Assembly (NCBI RefSeq): GCF_018977255.1
Contig: NW_024704743.1
Location: forward strand, 67,644,001 to 67,708,000
Source: Callorhinchus milii
Lineage: Eukaryota
DNA length: 64,000 nucleotides
Direction: 5' to 3'
Under the pieces are notes generated by a model that was not told the origin of the DNA, ran no database searches, and was given only the letters and a program-made list of their open reading frames with translations. A program made the position numbers and the translations under genes. Below are positions 61,144 through 64,000 of this stretch, piece after piece. Positions within the stretch are counted from its first letter, which is position 1. Every line of letters begins with the position of its first letter.

Positions 61144-64000
61144 TAAATCAAATCATCTTATCATATCATCAAAACATCTAAAAGCACTTCACAGGATTTA
61201 TTGTTGAGTTAGTGACTATGTATTTGTAGGCAAACATGGCAGCTAATGCACATCAATGTCCCACAAAGAGCTATGACATGAGTGATCAATATTATCCGGG
61301 GATTGTTATTCAGGATACTGTGGGAAGCTTATTTCTCTTTTCAAATATTGCCATGGGATGTTTAACAGCTGCCTGATGATTAGCCCAGCTCAATGTGAAA
61401 TATATGACAGCATTGCCACCATCCTACTGCCCACAGTTTGCACTCAAAATCCTACCCATTACTCAAAAGTTTCATTGATTATACAGAGATTGAGCATCAT
61501 CTGCTTACCTATTTGGATACCAATTAAAGTTTATAAAAAGCCTTAGATATATAATTTGTTTTCACATACCCTGATTCCAGATACTGTCTTCCAGCAGCTG
61601 TCATACTAAGCCTTCAAATTTCCTGATGAGCTATTTGACAGACATCTGCTTGAAGTGCTAGTTGTCAAGAGTCAAGGCTTAGGGACCCCAGGCTGTAGGT
61701 TCAAATTTTGCTGGAGCTCAACCAACTCGTATCTCATAACTTGCTATTGAGAGCACTGTCTGGTAAGCATCCCACTGCTCAGTATGTGACCTTGCCAGTG
61801 GTATTTTATGGAACTTCTCTGATTGTTGATAATTTAGTATCCGAAGTGCACAATTTTATTAAAACACTTACAGCTATGAATTAGTTTCCAGGGAAACTAA
61901 TTTATTTTTCACCTACTTTATGCTGATATAAATGATAAGAGATATGCTTTTATTGTTCTGCAGGCAGAATAAGAAATCCAAGGCTTCCCTATTTCTTCAT
62001 CCACAATATTTGACAATTAAGACATTAGCATGAGCTTTCCATCTGTGAAGCATTTGTTTTTCTCTCTTGACCACAATTGAATTGTTGTAATGAATCTCCA
62101 GGGTATCAAGTGTTTATGTGGAAGAACATTTGACAGAAGTGAAACAAGAAGCAGCAGAAAGAGCCACTCGTAGGTGCACAATTGGTGCATTCTTTGCAAC
62201 CAAGACTAAATGCATAAGAAGTGAGCAGGACATGGCAAAAATAGGGGAAAGGGCGAGGTGGGGGGGAACTATTCAGCTGCTTGCAGATAATGGAAGCCCT
62301 GCCTAGGTCTTGTGATGGAGTCTTTTGATTAGACCCCAAAGTAGACTCCATTTTCCATGTGGCCATTGTCACAGCACACAACTGCTTCACTTGATCTCAC
62401 TTGGGGGACATGGAAAAATTAAGTCAGTTTAGTTGAAGCAGGGTTAAGTAGGGCAGAGTCAAGCAATATTGGGAATATGGAAAAAAAACAATTTAAGGAG
62501 TGGATGGAAGGCTTAAAGGAGAATATTGACAATGAAAATGAGTCTCGGTGTCCAAAGGAAGTATCTGGAGGCTAAAATGCAGGTTGGGTGAATAGCTCAT
62601 GAGTTTGCCATGTTCAAACATTTACAGATACCCTTTATAAGTAGTTAACATATGCAATTGGCCTACAGAAATGCACAAAAACTACACTTTGCAGTGAATC
62701 ATGTGAAGCTCTTTGAGATGTTTCCTGATGTAAAAGGCTTAATGTAAAATGCAAGGATTATTATTTATTTATGACTAATTCAAAGGATTGCAAATCATCT
62801 GTACTTCTTTTTCATTGGTGGTTATCTAAATAATTAAGGGTAAACATATGAACATGCTTAACCCGTGGGCTATTAACCAAACCTGTATTTTAAACTTTTT
62901 GTCAAAATTTATCCCTATTAAAACGACAAAAAGGAGCCCACCATTCTTTGGACTAAAAAAGGGCTGAAGTCGCCTAACCACAGTTACACACCATCAATAT
63001 AAAGATCTCAGTGCTTTGAGGAAATACTTTGCGAATTATGATTCCTCCCAATCCAGAACTTGAAACTGATCAATTCAACTCTTCTTTGATCAAAGCTTAT
63101 CTCTGATGTACTGCAACAGAATCCACCTCACTTTTTGTTCACAAATAAGATGTTAAAAATAATTAATAATCCTTACATTTGGTCTAGCGCCTTTCACATC
63201 AGAAGAACATCACAAAGTAAATGCTTCACAGTATATAATGAAAAGTGGAGTGATTGTGTGTTTCATGGATGAAACTGGCAGTCAAATTACACACAGTAAT
63301 GGCTCACAAACAGCCATGAAGTGATTTTCCAGTTTTATTGGGTTCGGGGGGGATATCTTCACCAATTAATAGTAATTGTCATAACACATGAGCAGCAAGT
63401 TAGCAGACCGATTACCAACATAGTCTGGATGGGGTGAATGAGTTGATTGCATTTGCAATGTTTTACAAAACTGACCATGATCAAACATGAATATTCCACA
63501 ATCAAAAGAGAAGTGGGACTGAGCAGTTTTCCACCCAGTCTACTGACCCCGTTGTGAAAAACTACTTATTATTTTCACCCTGATACATGTCTTTGTTTCA
63601 GATGGTGATTAAATGGGGACAGTTGAAAGAAATGAGCTGCATATTGAAGGTAGGTAATCTTTTGTAAAATGCCAGAGGTTTCAATTGCTTTCTAAATAAC
63701 TCCATTGCAAAAACTAGCCATAAATCAGTTAGTTTATTGCCTCTTCGGGAGACACATGAGCCTCTAGTGAATTATACAATATATAAGCAATTTTATCATT
63801 AGTGTTTACAGCATGACCTTTATCTACTGCAACAAGTGAACCTGGACAATAACTTTGCATTGTAACCAGGCTTACATTCTACAGTTCATTACTATGCATA
63901 TAAGCTGTGCACTTTCAAATATCATTTTGTCAGCTAGACCTGATGAAAACACATCAGTGTCTCAAATTGTTTGACATATATGTCCCTGCTATTTCTGAAT

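Larger units (their letters stand above)
1..64000 (-). other. CNTNAP2: CNTNAP2-like gene body (window is internal to the gene; introns 248-11740, 11945-42981, 43130->64000 and <1-62)
   Basis: Three colinear minus-strand exons with matching phases (0-1, 1-1, 1-0) and GT-AG ends. No further exon was recognised between 43130 and 64000. Confidence 0.9.

Noticed and set aside
1..64000. CRISPR array, operon or other prokaryotic/viral system
   Set aside because: There is no regularly spaced repeat-spacer array and no gene-dense region. The repeats are irregularly dispersed eukaryotic TEs in introns.

Overview
Vertebrate genomic DNA lying entirely inside one large minus-strand gene, a contactin-associated protein-like 2 (CNTNAP2/Caspr2) orthologue. 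Three coding exons splice in frame with GT-AG boundaries: 43129-42982 (148 nt), 11944-11741 (204 nt) and 247-63 (185 nt), 179 codons in total. They encode the end of the discoidin/F5-8 type C domain and the first laminin-G domain. Only the middle exon appears in the ORF track. The rest is AT-rich intron packed with decayed retroelements: L2-clade LINE fragments with at least three 3'-tail types, at least two CR1-clade families, tRNA-headed SINEs carrying Deu-domain sequence and an L2-like tail, an older SINE-like family, two TIR DNA elements and an unclassified dispersed repeat. The repeat content suggests a cartilaginous fish, possibly a chimaera; this is inference and unverified. I found no prokaryotic-type system, RNA gene or intact autonomous transposon. 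The most interesting signals are retrotransposition footprints: double-tailed insertions inside one target-site duplication, a 64-bp duplication with a 5' fold-back, covarying LINE/SINE 3' stem-loops with family-specific loops, and modular SINEs. There is also a YCAY-dense microsatellite just upstream of the 148-nt exon. Repeat boundaries were placed by eye and are approximate.
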